Of a DNA stretch of 30,158 bases, positions 8,659 through 17,305 are shown piece by piece; within the stretch, counting starts at the first letter, position 1, and the number at the start of each line of letters is the position of its first letter. The DNA lies in NCBI GenBank assembly GCA_038217285.1, contig JBBQPO010000038.1, forward strand, positions 1-30,158, given 5' to 3'. The notes beneath the pieces are model-generated. The model saw only the letters and a program-made list of their open reading frames with translations. It ran no database searches and was not told the DNA's origin. This DNA is from Chthonomonadales bacterium (GTDB lineage: Bacteria > Armatimonadota > Chthonomonadetes > Chthonomonadales > Chthonomonadaceae). A program made the position numbers and the translations under genes.

Positions 8659-9813
8659 ATGGCAATCGTGGACGTTTTGGTCCCACAGATGGGAGAAGGA
8701 CTCACCGAGGTTCGGATCCTCGAACTCCAAAAGCAGCCTGGAGATCGCATTCGGCGCGATGAGCTTCTCTACAGTATGGAGACAGACAAGGATACGCTGG
8801 ATGTCGAGGCACCGTTCGACGGCATTCTGACCGAATGGTTGACCGAACCGGGTGCCATTCTGCCTGTCGGAGCGCCGATTGCGCGTATCGAGACGGAGAC
8901 TGTGGAGGCCTCTGCTCTCTCAAACTCCACCGATACCGCGATCAAACAAGGAGAGGGAAGCAAGTCCGAGAATCCCCTTTCAGGTTCGGTAACGAGGCCG
9001 GTCGTTGTGCCGCCGAGAACGCGCGCCTACTGCCGTGAGCGAGGAATCGCGGAAGAGGAGATGCTGCGCATTCGGGCTCCTTCCGGTAAACTGATGCCGG
9101 CGGATGTCGACGCCTATCTCGCTGCAAAAACCAGTCCCACGCCGCTCTCGGCAGCAGAGTACGTGGAGTATACACTCTCCGCACAGCAGCGGACATTCGC
9201 CTATCGTCTACGCCGCAGCGCACAGGTCGTCGTCGCAGGAACGATTCGCCGCCCGGTCGCCTGGAATGCCGTCCGCGATTTTGTCGTGGCGGAACGAGCG
9301 CGCGGAGCCGAACCGCGCCCAACCGAGTTTCAGACGTTCGCCTACTGCGTGGCCCAGGTGGTCCGGGAGTTTCCGAAATTTCGGTCTACGCTGATCGGCG
9401 AAGAAGTTGTTCGCGAGTCGGCGCATATCAATCTTGGCATCGCGGTCGCTCGCCCGAACGAAGAGCTGACGACGGCGGTGGTGCCGGCGGCGGATACGCT
9501 GGACTTCGCGACGTTTCTGCAGAGCGTAAAGGCACACATCCATGCGGCCCGAAATGGCGAAGACCAGATCGATTCCGACACGCAACTGCTGTTGACCTAT
9601 CTCGGGGCGACCGGAATCGAAGACGCGATCCCTGTGCTGGTTTCGCCTGCCATCGGTATTCTGTTCCTGGGCGCCCCTTATGTGCAAGACGGCGGCCTGA
9701 AAGCGAACCTGGTGCTGACGTTCGATCATCGCCTTATCTACGGTATCGAGGCCGCGAACTTTCTGAACAGTCTCGCCGACCGCATCGCGCAGTGGAGTGG
9801 ACCCGCCGCCTGA
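8659..9813 (+). CDS. 2-oxo acid dehydrogenase E2-like dihydrolipoamide acyltransferase (divergent)
   Basis: Lipoyl domain (PQMGEG...METDK), peripheral-subunit-binding-like segment, and a catalytic domain ending LTFDHRLIYG. Confidence 0.85.
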   Translation: MAIVDVLVPQMGEGLTEVRILELQKQPGDRIRRDELLYSMETDKDTLDVEAPFDGILTEWLTEPGAILPVGAPIARIETETVEASALSNSTDTAIKQGEGSKSENPLSGSVTRPVVVPPRTRAYCRERGIAEEEMLRIRAPSGKLMPADVDAYLAAKTSPTPLSAAEYVEYTLSAQQRTFAYRLRRSAQVVVAGTIRRPVAWNAVRDFVVAERARGAEPRPTEFQTFAYCVAQVVREFPKFRSTLIGEEVVRESAHINLGIAVARPNEELTTAVVPAADTLDFATFLQSVKAHIHAARNGEDQIDSDTQLLLTYLGATGIEDAIPVLVSPAIGILFLGAPYVQDGGLKANLVLTFDHRLIYGIEAANFLNSLADRIAQWSGPAA

Positions 9814-9836
9814 CCTTACCGGACGGAGTAAAGGCA

Positions 9837-9870
9837 CCACCGGCAGCAACTTTCGTGCCGGTGGCGTTTT
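9837..9870 (+). terminator. Intrinsic terminator after the E2-like gene
   Basis: CCACCGGCA/TGCCGGTGG 9-bp stem followed by CGTTTT. Confidence 0.6.
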
Positions 9871-9903
9871 GCGTAGGGATGGCGAAGGTTTGGGGGAGGA
9901 GCT

Positions 9904-9946
9904 AAAAAGAAGGATAGCCCGGATACGCTTGCGCGTACCGGGCTAT
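9904..9946 (-). terminator. Intrinsic terminator of the small minus-strand transcript
   Basis: Minus strand ATAGCCCGG-TACGC-GCAA-GCGTA-T-CCGGGCTAT (14 bp, GNRA loop, one bulge), then CCTTCTTTTT. Confidence 0.8.
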
Positions 9947-9997
9947 TGCAGGCGGGTCAGGACGGTTGCCCGTTCATAACCCGATGGCTAAAACAGG

Positions 9998-10033
9998 CTA
10001 GACCGCCTGCCCACCTCGTTGACTATCATTCAT
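9998..10033 (-). CDS. Putative 11-aa peptide MNDSQRGGQAV
   Basis: ATG AAT GAT AGT CAA CGA GGT GGG CAG GCG GTC TAG, preceded by AAAGGAGGT (10052-10044). Translation is unproven. Confidence 0.45.
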   Translation of the reverse strand: MNDSQRGGQAV

Positions 10034-10064
10034 GAAAGCCACCACCTCCTTTCAAGTCAAGACT

Positions 10065-10093
10065 ATTATCGCAGGTAGAATTGCGGATGTCAA
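10065..10093 (-). promoter_or_regulatory. sigma70 promoter of the small transcript
   Basis: Minus strand TTGACA (10093-10088), 17 bp, TG-c-GATAAT (-10 at 10070-10065). Confidence 0.75.
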
Positions 10094-10147
10094 GCCCTTT
10101 TTTACAAATGTTTCGAAGGGCCATAAACCGGTTCAAAGGAGACGACA

Positions 10148-11326
10148 GTGGAGTTACGTGAGATTACCGATGCGGAGCTGCAAGAGGCATTTGTGCTGGG
10201 AACGCAGGCGTTTAATCAGGGCGCACGGGATGACGATTTCGCCCGGGATCGCCTCAAAGATCCGAACCGTCTGCCCGCGACCTCCTACGGTCTTTGGGAC
10301 GAACACGGGCTGCAGGCGAAGGTGAATATCATCCACTACCGGCAGCATTTCGGGCCGGACTGTGTCTTCCCGATGGGTGGCATCGCCGGTGTGGCCTGTC
10401 TGCCTGCAAGCCGGGGGCGCGGCTATGCGGGCATCGTCTTGCGGCATGCGCTGGAGAAGATGCGCGATAATGGCGAGTTCGTCTCTACTCTCTTTCCCTT
10501 CAGTTGGGAGTTCTATCAGCGCCTGGGCTGGGCCTGGGTCGGGCGGCGCAACGACTATGTCGTTAAGACCGGCATCCTGAAGGCAGACAAGGAGACGGAA
10601 AACGTGCGCGCGGCTGTGCAGGCGGACCGTCCGGCGGTTAAGGCGTGCTACGTTGCCTGGGCAGGGCGTTATCGCGGCCTGGTCGAGCGCGATGACAAGA
10701 TCTGGAACCGGATACTGGACGACAGTGACAAGGAGTTCACCTATACCTTTCTGTATGAGCGCGAGGGCACCGTGGAAGGCTATCTCACCTTCAAGGGCTG
10801 GAAACGCGAAGAGACCTGGCTGCGCGAGTTCGTCGCGCTCACCTCACGCTCCCAACGCGCGCTCCTCGGCCTGCTGCGTCGGCACGAGATGCAGGTGGAA
10901 AACTTCGGTTGGCGCTCGCCCGAAGACGATGGTTTGTGGCATCAGATCTACCATTGGGATCTCAAGACACAGGTTCGGCCAGTGACGATGGCACGCATCG
11001 TCGATGTCCCTGCTGTGCTCATGGCCTGGAAGCCGAACGCCTCTTTCTCTGGCAAGGTCACGTTGCAGGTCCACGACGAAACTGCGTCGTGGAACAACGG
11101 AACGTGGCAGGCCGATTTCAGCGAGGGATCGGTAGAGGTCAAGGCTGTCATAGCCTCACCGGACATCACTCTGGATATTCAGGCTCTCACCCAGGCTTTC
11201 TACGGAACGCCGGATACGAGGAGCCTGCGCAGCGGCGGACGACTGGACGTTCATTCCGAGGCAGGGTTTGCGGCCCTATGTCAGTTGTTGGAGGGTCCGC
11301 CGATGTGGATGAACGACTCCTTCTGA
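10148..11326 (+). CDS. Eis-like GNAT acetyltransferase with C-terminal SCP2-like domain
   Basis: GGIAGVACLPASRGRGYA acetyl-CoA motif, LFPFSWEFYQRLGW, MARIVDV, WNNGTW and C-terminal Phe (NDSF). AAGGAG SD before the GTG. Confidence 0.9.
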   Translation: MELREITDAELQEAFVLGTQAFNQGARDDDFARDRLKDPNRLPATSYGLWDEHGLQAKVNIIHYRQHFGPDCVFPMGGIAGVACLPASRGRGYAGIVLRHALEKMRDNGEFVSTLFPFSWEFYQRLGWAWVGRRNDYVVKTGILKADKETENVRAAVQADRPAVKACYVAWAGRYRGLVERDDKIWNRILDDSDKEFTYTFLYEREGTVEGYLTFKGWKREETWLREFVALTSRSQRALLGLLRRHEMQVENFGWRSPEDDGLWHQIYHWDLKTQVRPVTMARIVDVPAVLMAWKPNASFSGKVTLQVHDETASWNNGTWQADFSEGSVEVKAVIASPDITLDIQALTQAFYGTPDTRSLRSGGRLDVHSEAGFAALCQLLEGPPMWMNDSF

Positions 11327-11415
11327 TGGGAAAAGCGATCGCGTTGGTTTGTCGGCAGTATGGAAAGTCTGCGGCGATGAAGGCGACGGGCATGGTAGGC
11401 GACAGTCCGCGCTTC

Positions 11416-11552
11416 CTCTAAAAATCTATATCGGAAGCGGCGCTGTCGTGCCGCTGCTGGCACTGCAGGCCCTCTGGGCGGCGCTGCTGTGGCCGGTCGC
11501 GATCTGGCTTTGGCAGCGCAACCGCGAAAGGATGGTCGCGTATGGAGGCTGA
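11416..11552 (+). pseudogene. C-terminal remnant of an ABC-2 family permease
   Basis: PLKIYIG...LLALQALWAALLWPVAIWLWQRNRERMVAYGG* resembles the typical C-terminus of the first permease in ABC-2 (DUF990-type) pairs and overlaps the next permease start. Only about 45 recognisable codons are present. The left boundary is approximate. Confidence 0.7.
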
Positions 11553-12390
11553 GAAACCGCAGCCGGTCCTGATACGGCTGCTGCGTCTCTGGGGGGTCTA
11601 TGCGCGCCTGGACTTTCTCTTCTTGACCCGCGACCTCAAGTCCTTTCTCGTCTGGACGCTCTCCGATACCATCACGAACGTTGCGGCGGTGACCGGCATG
11701 CTATTTCTGGCGGCGCGGTTTCAGGGCATTGGGGTCTGGAGCCAGGCCCAGATCGTCTTCATGCTCGGCTATGCCGCGCTGGTCCAGAGCTTCGGTGGGC
11801 TGTTTTTTGGCTACAATGTGCTGTTCATCAGTCGCCGCATCGGACGGGGCCAGATCGATCATCTGCTGGTTCAACCGCAGCCTCTCTGGATGGCGCTGCT
11901 GACAGAGGGGTTCAGCCCCGCCTTTGGGCTCCCGACGCTCTTGCCGGGCGCAGGAATGCTGATGTGGGCGTCCGCGCGGTTGACGCCGGCTGTCTCCCCT
12001 ACGGCGCTGGCCCTCAACCTGATGGCCTCGATCACCGTGCTGCTGGGATTTCAGTTTCTGTGGGGATGTCTTGCGTTTACCGCACCGCGCGCTGCCGAAG
12101 AGATCAACATGTCCACTCTCGAGATGATGTCCCAACTGAAGCAGTATCCGCTGAACGGGGCCGGAGGACTGCTGCGGTTCGGACTGCTCACCGTGCTGCC
12201 CGTCGGGTTTCTCGCCTGGATACCGTGCAGGGCGCTTCTGGGAATGGATAGAGCCGGGTGGGGAATCTACAAAACGCCGTTGGCCGCACTGGGTTTCGGC
12301 CTGCTTGCCGCAGCGGCCTTTAGAAAGGGAATGCGTTACTATGCCCGCAAAGGCTCCCAGCGCTACAGCGACTTCGGACATCGTAGTTGA
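11542..12390 (+). CDS. ABC-2 family (DUF990-type) permease
   Basis: About 6 hydrophobic helices, GQIDHLLVQPQP and QYPL motifs, adjacent to an ABC ATPase. Confidence 0.85.
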   Translation: MEAEKPQPVLIRLLRLWGVYARLDFLFLTRDLKSFLVWTLSDTITNVAAVTGMLFLAARFQGIGVWSQAQIVFMLGYAALVQSFGGLFFGYNVLFISRRIGRGQIDHLLVQPQPLWMALLTEGFSPAFGLPTLLPGAGMLMWASARLTPAVSPTALALNLMASITVLLGFQFLWGCLAFTAPRAAEEINMSTLEMMSQLKQYPLNGAGGLLRFGLLTVLPVGFLAWIPCRALLGMDRAGWGIYKTPLAALGFGLLAAAAFRKGMRYYARKGSQRYSDFGHRS

Positions 12391-13360
12391 GCTGTCAGGC
12401 GTGCATAAATTGTTTCGGCAGACGCAGCGTTCCGAACGACTGAACGAAGTGTTTCGAAATCTCTTGCGACCGAAGATCAAAGAGGTTCACGCGCTGCGTG
12501 ACATCTCGATGCGGATCGAGCGGGGCGAGATCGTGGCCTACGCGGGGCCAAATGGAGCGGGGAAGAGCACGACGATCAAGCTCTGCTCCGGGATGCTTGC
12601 TCCGGATCAAGGCACGGTACGAGTGCTGGGTTTTGACCCACTGCGGGACCGTGTGCGGTTCGTCGGTCGAATCGGCGTCGTTTTCGGGCAGCGGACGGAG
12701 TTGTGGAGCGACCATCCCGTGGCAGCCAGCTTCGAGTGGAAGCGGGTGGTTTGGAATATAACGCGCGAACGTTACGACCGTATGCTGGGCTTCGTGAAGG
12801 AAGTGCTCGGTATGCAGGAGTTTTTTCAGAGCCTGGTCCGAGAACTCAGCCTCGGGCAGCGCATGCGGGCTGATCTCGGGTTGGCTCTGCTCCACGAGCC
12901 GGAGATCCTCTTTCTGGACGAGCCGACGCTGGGCCTTGACGTGCTGGCGAAACGAAACATTCTCCAGTTTATCAAGGAGATCAATCTGGAGCGGCGGATG
13001 ACGGTCATGGTGACGAGCCACGATATGGCCGAGTTGGAGCAGTTGGCAGGCCGCATCGTGCTCGTGGATAAGGGGCGCATCGCCTACGACGGCGACTTTG
13101 TGCGCCTGCGCCGTGAATTCGCCGACCGCCGGAGTCTGACCATAGAGACGGAGACGGAGACCGCGCCGCATCTGACCGGCGCGGAGCATCTGAAGAGCGA
13201 AGCCAATCGCCACGAGTACGCTTTCGATGCCGGGCAGATCGGGATCGCTTCGCTGCTGCAGCAGGCCGCCGAACAGACGCGTCTGCTAGACGTCGAAACG
13301 CACCGCGCGCAGATCGACAACGTCATCGCGGACATCTACGAGCGCTGGCAGAAGACGTAA
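12341..13360 (+). CDS. ABC transporter ATP-binding protein
   Basis: Walker A GPNGAGKS, signature LSLGQ, Walker B ILFLDE, H-loop SHD. Start uncertain; ATG 12341 chosen. Confidence 0.93.
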   Translation: MPAKAPSATATSDIVVELSGVHKLFRQTQRSERLNEVFRNLLRPKIKEVHALRDISMRIERGEIVAYAGPNGAGKSTTIKLCSGMLAPDQGTVRVLGFDPLRDRVRFVGRIGVVFGQRTELWSDHPVAASFEWKRVVWNITRERYDRMLGFVKEVLGMQEFFQSLVRELSLGQRMRADLGLALLHEPEILFLDEPTLGLDVLAKRNILQFIKEINLERRMTVMVTSHDMAELEQLAGRIVLVDKGRIAYDGDFVRLRREFADRRSLTIETETETAPHLTGAEHLKSEANRHEYAFDAGQIGIASLLQQAAEQTRLLDVETHRAQIDNVIADIYERWQKT

Positions 13361-13458
13361 GAGGGGTTTCTGAAGAATACTTCGCCGTTGTGGCGCGCAG
13401 TTGTTATCAGGGAGTTGCAGGGAACGCAAGTGGGTGGGGTAGATAGAAATTTGTCTGC

Positions 13459-13487
13459 TTGTATGTTGGCGTTAAAGGGGATAGAAT
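13459..13487 (+). promoter_or_regulatory. Possible dnaE promoter
   Basis: TTGTAT (13459-13464), 17 bp, TAGAAT (13482-13487). Confidence 0.5.
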
Positions 13488-13593
13488 AGCGGTTAACTCC
13501 TAAATGTAGGGCACGATACGCCGGTTCACGCTAGATAAGTGGGCGAGCCGGGTAAACGTGTCTACACCTATTTTCTCTAAGGCCGCCCCTCTT

Positions 13594-16500
13594 ATGACCG
13601 ACAGCAGCGATTTTGTACACCTGCAGTGCCACTCCGAGTTCAGCTTGCTCGACGGAGCCAACCGGCTGGACTCGCTGGTTCATCACGCCGCTGAAATGGG
13701 CATGACCTCGCTGGCCCTCACCGATCACGGCGTCATGTACGGTGTGGCGGACTTTGCTTCGAAATGTAAGGGTGCGGGCATCAAGCCGATTCTGGGTGTG
13801 GAAGCTTATGTCGCCCCGCGCAGTCACCGCTCGAAAGAGGCGCGTGTCGATCAATCTTCGTACCACATGGTCCTGCTCGCCCGCAATCTCGACGGCTACA
13901 AGAACCTGCTCAAGCTCACCACCATCGCTGCCGTAGACGGGTTCTACTACAAACCTCGCATCGACCGCGCGTTGTTGGAACAGTACCACGACGGCATCAT
14001 CGCCACTACCGCCTGCCTTGGCAGCGAGATCAATCAACATCTGATGCGCGGCGACTACGAGGCCGCACGGAATGCCTGCGGCTACTATCGGGACCTCTTC
14101 GGCAGCGAAAACTACTACGTCGAGCTGCAGAACCATAACCTGCCCGAACAGATCCAGTGTAACGAACAGCTCATCAAGATCGCGAATGAACTCCACCTCC
14201 AGATGATCTGCTCCAACGATGTTCACTATCTCCAGGACAAAGACGCCGACGCCCACGACATTCTGCTCTGCATCGGGACTGGCGCGAACGTCAACGACAC
14301 CGACCGCCTGAAATATGCCACGCAGGAGTTTTACCTCAAATCCTCCCAGCAGATGAAGGAGCTGTTCGGGCATGTGCCGGGCGCTATCGAGAACACCCTC
14401 GGTATTGCGGAGCGGTGCGATGTCAAGCTGGAGTATGGCCGTGTGCCCATGCCCGCGCCCGGTATACCGGAGGGCCACGATGCCCACTCCTACCTGACGC
14501 AGTTGGCGCAGGAGGGCCTGCTTCGCAAGTACAACGGCAACCCTCCGCAGAAGGTAATCGAGCGGCTGGAGTACGAACTCGGGATTATCCAGTTTACGGG
14601 ATTTTCCCAGTATATTCTCATCGTGCGGGACTTCGCGAAGTTCGCAGAGCAGAAGGGGATCTTCTACGGGGTGCGCGGCTCGGCTGCCGGCTGCCTCGCC
14701 TCCTATCTCGTAGATATCACGGACATCGACCCGGTCGAATATGGCCTGACGTTCGAGCGTTTCCTCAATCCCGAACGTATCCAGATGCCCGACGTCGATA
14801 TGGACTTCGAGGACACGCGCCGTCAGGAAGTCATCGAATACGTCACCCAGAAATACACGCCGCCGGAAGCGTACAACGATCCCGACGATCCCAAGAAGAT
14901 CGATCCGACTCAGGCGCGTGTCGCGCAGATCATCACCTTCGGGACGCTGGCGGCTCGGGCCGTTCTCAAAGACGCCGGACGCGCGCTGGGGATGCCCGGC
15001 CCGGATGTGGCGCGCCTCTGCAGCATGATCCCCACCATTCCGGTCGGTATGACCATCGATAAGACGATGGAGGCCAACCCGGAGTTCAAGAACGCCTATA
15101 TACGCGACCCCCAGGCCCGCAAGCTGATAGACACCGCAAAGCGCCTCGAAGGCATCTCCCGGCACGCCAGTGTGCATGCCGCCGGCGTCATGATCTCCCA
15201 CTACCCCCTGACCTACTATACGCCTCTCAGCCGATCGGCAGAAGGCGGACTCGTCACGCAGTACATCGCCGGAACGCTCGAGAAGATCGGGCTGTTGAAG
15301 ATGGACTTCCTCGGCCTGATCAACCTCTCGATCCTGGGACAGGCCGTCAAGAACGTGCAGATGACGACGGGTGTCACCCTCGACGTGCGCAAGCTGCCGC
15401 TGGAGGGCGATACCCCGGACGTCCGCAAGACTTACGATCTGCTCGGGGCTGGCGAGTGCGTGGGTGTCTTCCAACTGGAATCGCCTCAGATGCGGCGTTA
15501 TGTCCAGGAGCTGAAACCGACCAGCGTGCGCGATGTGGCGGCTATGGTCGCGCTCTACCGACCCGGCCCAATGGCGCATATTCCCCGGTTCGTGCGGTGT
15601 AAACATGGTTTGGAGAAGATCGAATACCCGCATCCCTGGCTGCAAGAGCTGCTGGGGGAAACCTACGGCGTCATCGTCTATCAGGATCAGGTCATGCTGA
15701 TCGCGCAGATCATCGCCGGATACACCCTGGGCGAAGCCGACATGCTGCGGCGCGCGATGGGTAAGAAGAAGAAAGAGGAGATGGCGAAGCAGCGCGAGAA
15801 GTTCCTCGCGGGGGCGAAAGAGAAGGGCGTCAGCGAGAAAAAAGCCAACGAGATCTTCGACATGATGGAGCCCTTCGCCGGCTACGCCTTCAACAAGGCG
15901 CACGCGGTCTGCTACGCCATGGTCGCCTACCAGACCGCCTACCTGAAGGCCAACTATCCCGTCGAATATATGGCGGCGCTGCTGGCCTGCTTCATCGAGA
16001 AGCCGGACAAACTGCTGACGGCCATGGACGAGTGTAAGCGCATGGGAGTTCCAGTCCTGCCGCCGGATGTAAACCACAGTAGCGCGGATTTCGCGGTGGA
16101 GATGCGGGAGCAGGACGGCAAACAGGTGGCCTACGCCATCCGGTACGGACTGGCCGCGATCAAGAACGTCGGACGGGCGGCGGTCGATGTCATTTTGCGG
16201 TCGCGCGCCGAGGGGGGGGAGTTCGATTCGCTCGGCGAGTTCGTGCAGCGCGTCATGGCGAACGAGACGGGGGTCACCCGCAGCACCATCGAAAACCTGA
16301 TCCATGCCGGAGCGTTCTCGGCGCTGCCGGGCCACGGCAATCGGCGCGCCCTCGTGCAGATCCTCGACGAGGCGCTGCAGGCCGCCGTACGCGCGCAGCG
16401 CGATAAGAAGTCGGGGCAGGCCTCCCTGGCCGATATGTTTGGGGACGAGGACGCCGGGGCGGGCAAGGTCGTCGTGATCGCCATCCCCACGATGCCCGAC

Positions 16501-17166
16501 TTCCCACGGGAGCAACTGCTCGGATTTGAGCGTGAACTGCTCGGCCTCTACATCTCCGATCATCCCCTACAGGCCCATGTGGCGTTGTTCGAACGGCGCG
16601 GAGCGCTCCGAATCTCAGACCTCTCCGAAATGCCGAATCGCGCCGAGATCACCCTGGCGGGAATCGTCACGAGCATCAAACCTTTCACGTCGAAAAAATC
16701 TGGTGAACCGATGGCGTTCTTCAACCTGGAAGATATGTCGGGGACCGTGGCCTGCACGATGTTTCCGGCGGTCTACGCACTACAGGGGCAGCATCTGGAG
16801 AAAGACAAAATCGTCATCTTGCGGGGCAAGGCCAACCATCGTGACCGGGTGCGCGAAGACGATGACGGCAGTCACATCGTCGAGGTGCTGGCAGATGAGC
16901 TGACTCCCGTCGGCGGCGGCAGCGGCAGCAACGGCCCCAGTCGGATCGTCATTCGCCTCGACCCGTCGCATCGCAGCGTACTACGGTTCGTTCGGGAGAC
17001 CGTGGAACATCATCGGGGCAACGGCAACGCGCAGCCCGTCTTCCTGCATGTGCCCGAGAGCGGCAAACTCAACGTCGTCCGCACGAACCTGGTCGCGGAG
17101 TTCAGCGATCCTTTTCGCAACGCACTCGAACGCATGCTGGGCCGTCAGTCCGTCTGGCAGGAGTAG
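13594..17166 (+). CDS. dnaE: DNA polymerase III subunit alpha
   Basis: PHP domain (HLQCHSEFSLLDG, TDHG, NDVHY), RGSAAG, catalytic PDVDMD, KMDFLGL, YAFNKAH, OB fold. Start ATG 13594 (alternative GTG 13558). Confidence 0.97.
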   Translation: MTDSSDFVHLQCHSEFSLLDGANRLDSLVHHAAEMGMTSLALTDHGVMYGVADFASKCKGAGIKPILGVEAYVAPRSHRSKEARVDQSSYHMVLLARNLDGYKNLLKLTTIAAVDGFYYKPRIDRALLEQYHDGIIATTACLGSEINQHLMRGDYEAARNACGYYRDLFGSENYYVELQNHNLPEQIQCNEQLIKIANELHLQMICSNDVHYLQDKDADAHDILLCIGTGANVNDTDRLKYATQEFYLKSSQQMKELFGHVPGAIENTLGIAERCDVKLEYGRVPMPAPGIPEGHDAHSYLTQLAQEGLLRKYNGNPPQKVIERLEYELGIIQFTGFSQYILIVRDFAKFAEQKGIFYGVRGSAAGCLASYLVDITDIDPVEYGLTFERFLNPERIQMPDVDMDFEDTRRQEVIEYVTQKYTPPEAYNDPDDPKKIDPTQARVAQIITFGTLAARAVLKDAGRALGMPGPDVARLCSMIPTIPVGMTIDKTMEANPEFKNAYIRDPQARKLIDTAKRLEGISRHASVHAAGVMISHYPLTYYTPLSRSAEGGLVTQYIAGTLEKIGLLKMDFLGLINLSILGQAVKNVQMTTGVTLDVRKLPLEGDTPDVRKTYDLLGAGECVGVFQLESPQMRRYVQELKPTSVRDVAAMVALYRPGPMAHIPRFVRCKHGLEKIEYPHPWLQELLGETYGVIVYQDQVMLIAQIIAGYTLGEADMLRRAMGKKKKEEMAKQREKFLAGAKEKGVSEKKANEIFDMMEPFAGYAFNKAHAVCYAMVAYQTAYLKANYPVEYMAALLACFIEKPDKLLTAMDECKRMGVPVLPPDVNHSSADFAVEMREQDGKQVAYAIRYGLAAIKNVGRAAVDVILRSRAEGGEFDSLGEFVQRVMANETGVTRSTIENLIHAGAFSALPGHGNRRALVQILDEALQAAVRAQRDKKSGQASLADMFGDEDAGAGKVVVIAIPTMPDFPREQLLGFERELLGLYISDHPLQAHVALFERRGALRISDLSEMPNRAEITLAGIVTSIKPFTSKKSGEPMAFFNLEDMSGTVACTMFPAVYALQGQHLEKDKIVILRGKANHRDRVREDDDGSHIVEVLADELTPVGGGSGSNGPSRIVIRLDPSHRSVLRFVRETVEHHRGNGNAQPVFLHVPESGKLNVVRTNLVAEFSDPFRNALERMLGRQSVWQE

Positions 17167-17226
17167 GCTTTTCACTCGACGATGTCGAAGCTGAAAACAG
17201 GGTTGCTACACACGCTCAACACGAGA

Positions 17227-17260
17227 ACCGGCCCGGAACGCTCTTACGTTCCGGGCCGGT
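17227..17260. terminator. Hairpin between convergent genes, probable bidirectional terminator
   Basis: Perfect 14-bp stem ACCGGCCCGGAACG/CGTTCCGGGCCGGT with a 6-nt loop. No clear U-tract. Confidence 0.6.
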
Positions 17261-17305
17261 CGGCTGTCCGGTTCGATACGGATCTGCTCCGGAGAGGAGT
17301 CCGAT

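Larger units (their letters stand above)
9904..10058 (-). ncRNA. Putative stand-alone structured small RNA or small-ORF mRNA (about 155 nt)
   Basis: Bounded by a consensus promoter and a terminator with no long ORF between. Several helices, two GCAA tetraloops and a strong SD. Confidence 0.65.

Noticed and set aside
9904-10058. tmRNA, 6S, SRP, a 16S 3' fragment or a type I toxin as the identity of the small transcript
   Set aside because: There is no tRNA-like domain or ALAA-type tag, no end-to-end 6S rod and no SRP loop motif. Similarity to 16S is limited to the SD complement. The peptide is hydrophilic and too short for a membrane toxin.
13445-13457. Possible LexA box upstream of dnaE (AGAAATTTGTCT)
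   Set aside because: Poor match to GAAC-N4-GTTC, so it cannot be supported.
13531-16563. 1010-aa ORF antisense to dnaE, and other long shadow ORFs (3657-4718, 6086-7171, 7382-8686, 19118-20362, 28621-29616)
   Set aside because: They lie opposite well-supported genes and have no recognisable motifs. Such open frames are expected from GC-rich codon bias.
13594-17166. Intein in dnaE, or an error-prone DnaE2/ImuABC cassette
   Set aside because: Length is normal, there are no splice motifs and no imuA/imuB neighbours, and the PHP, OB and C-terminal domains fit a replicative DnaE.
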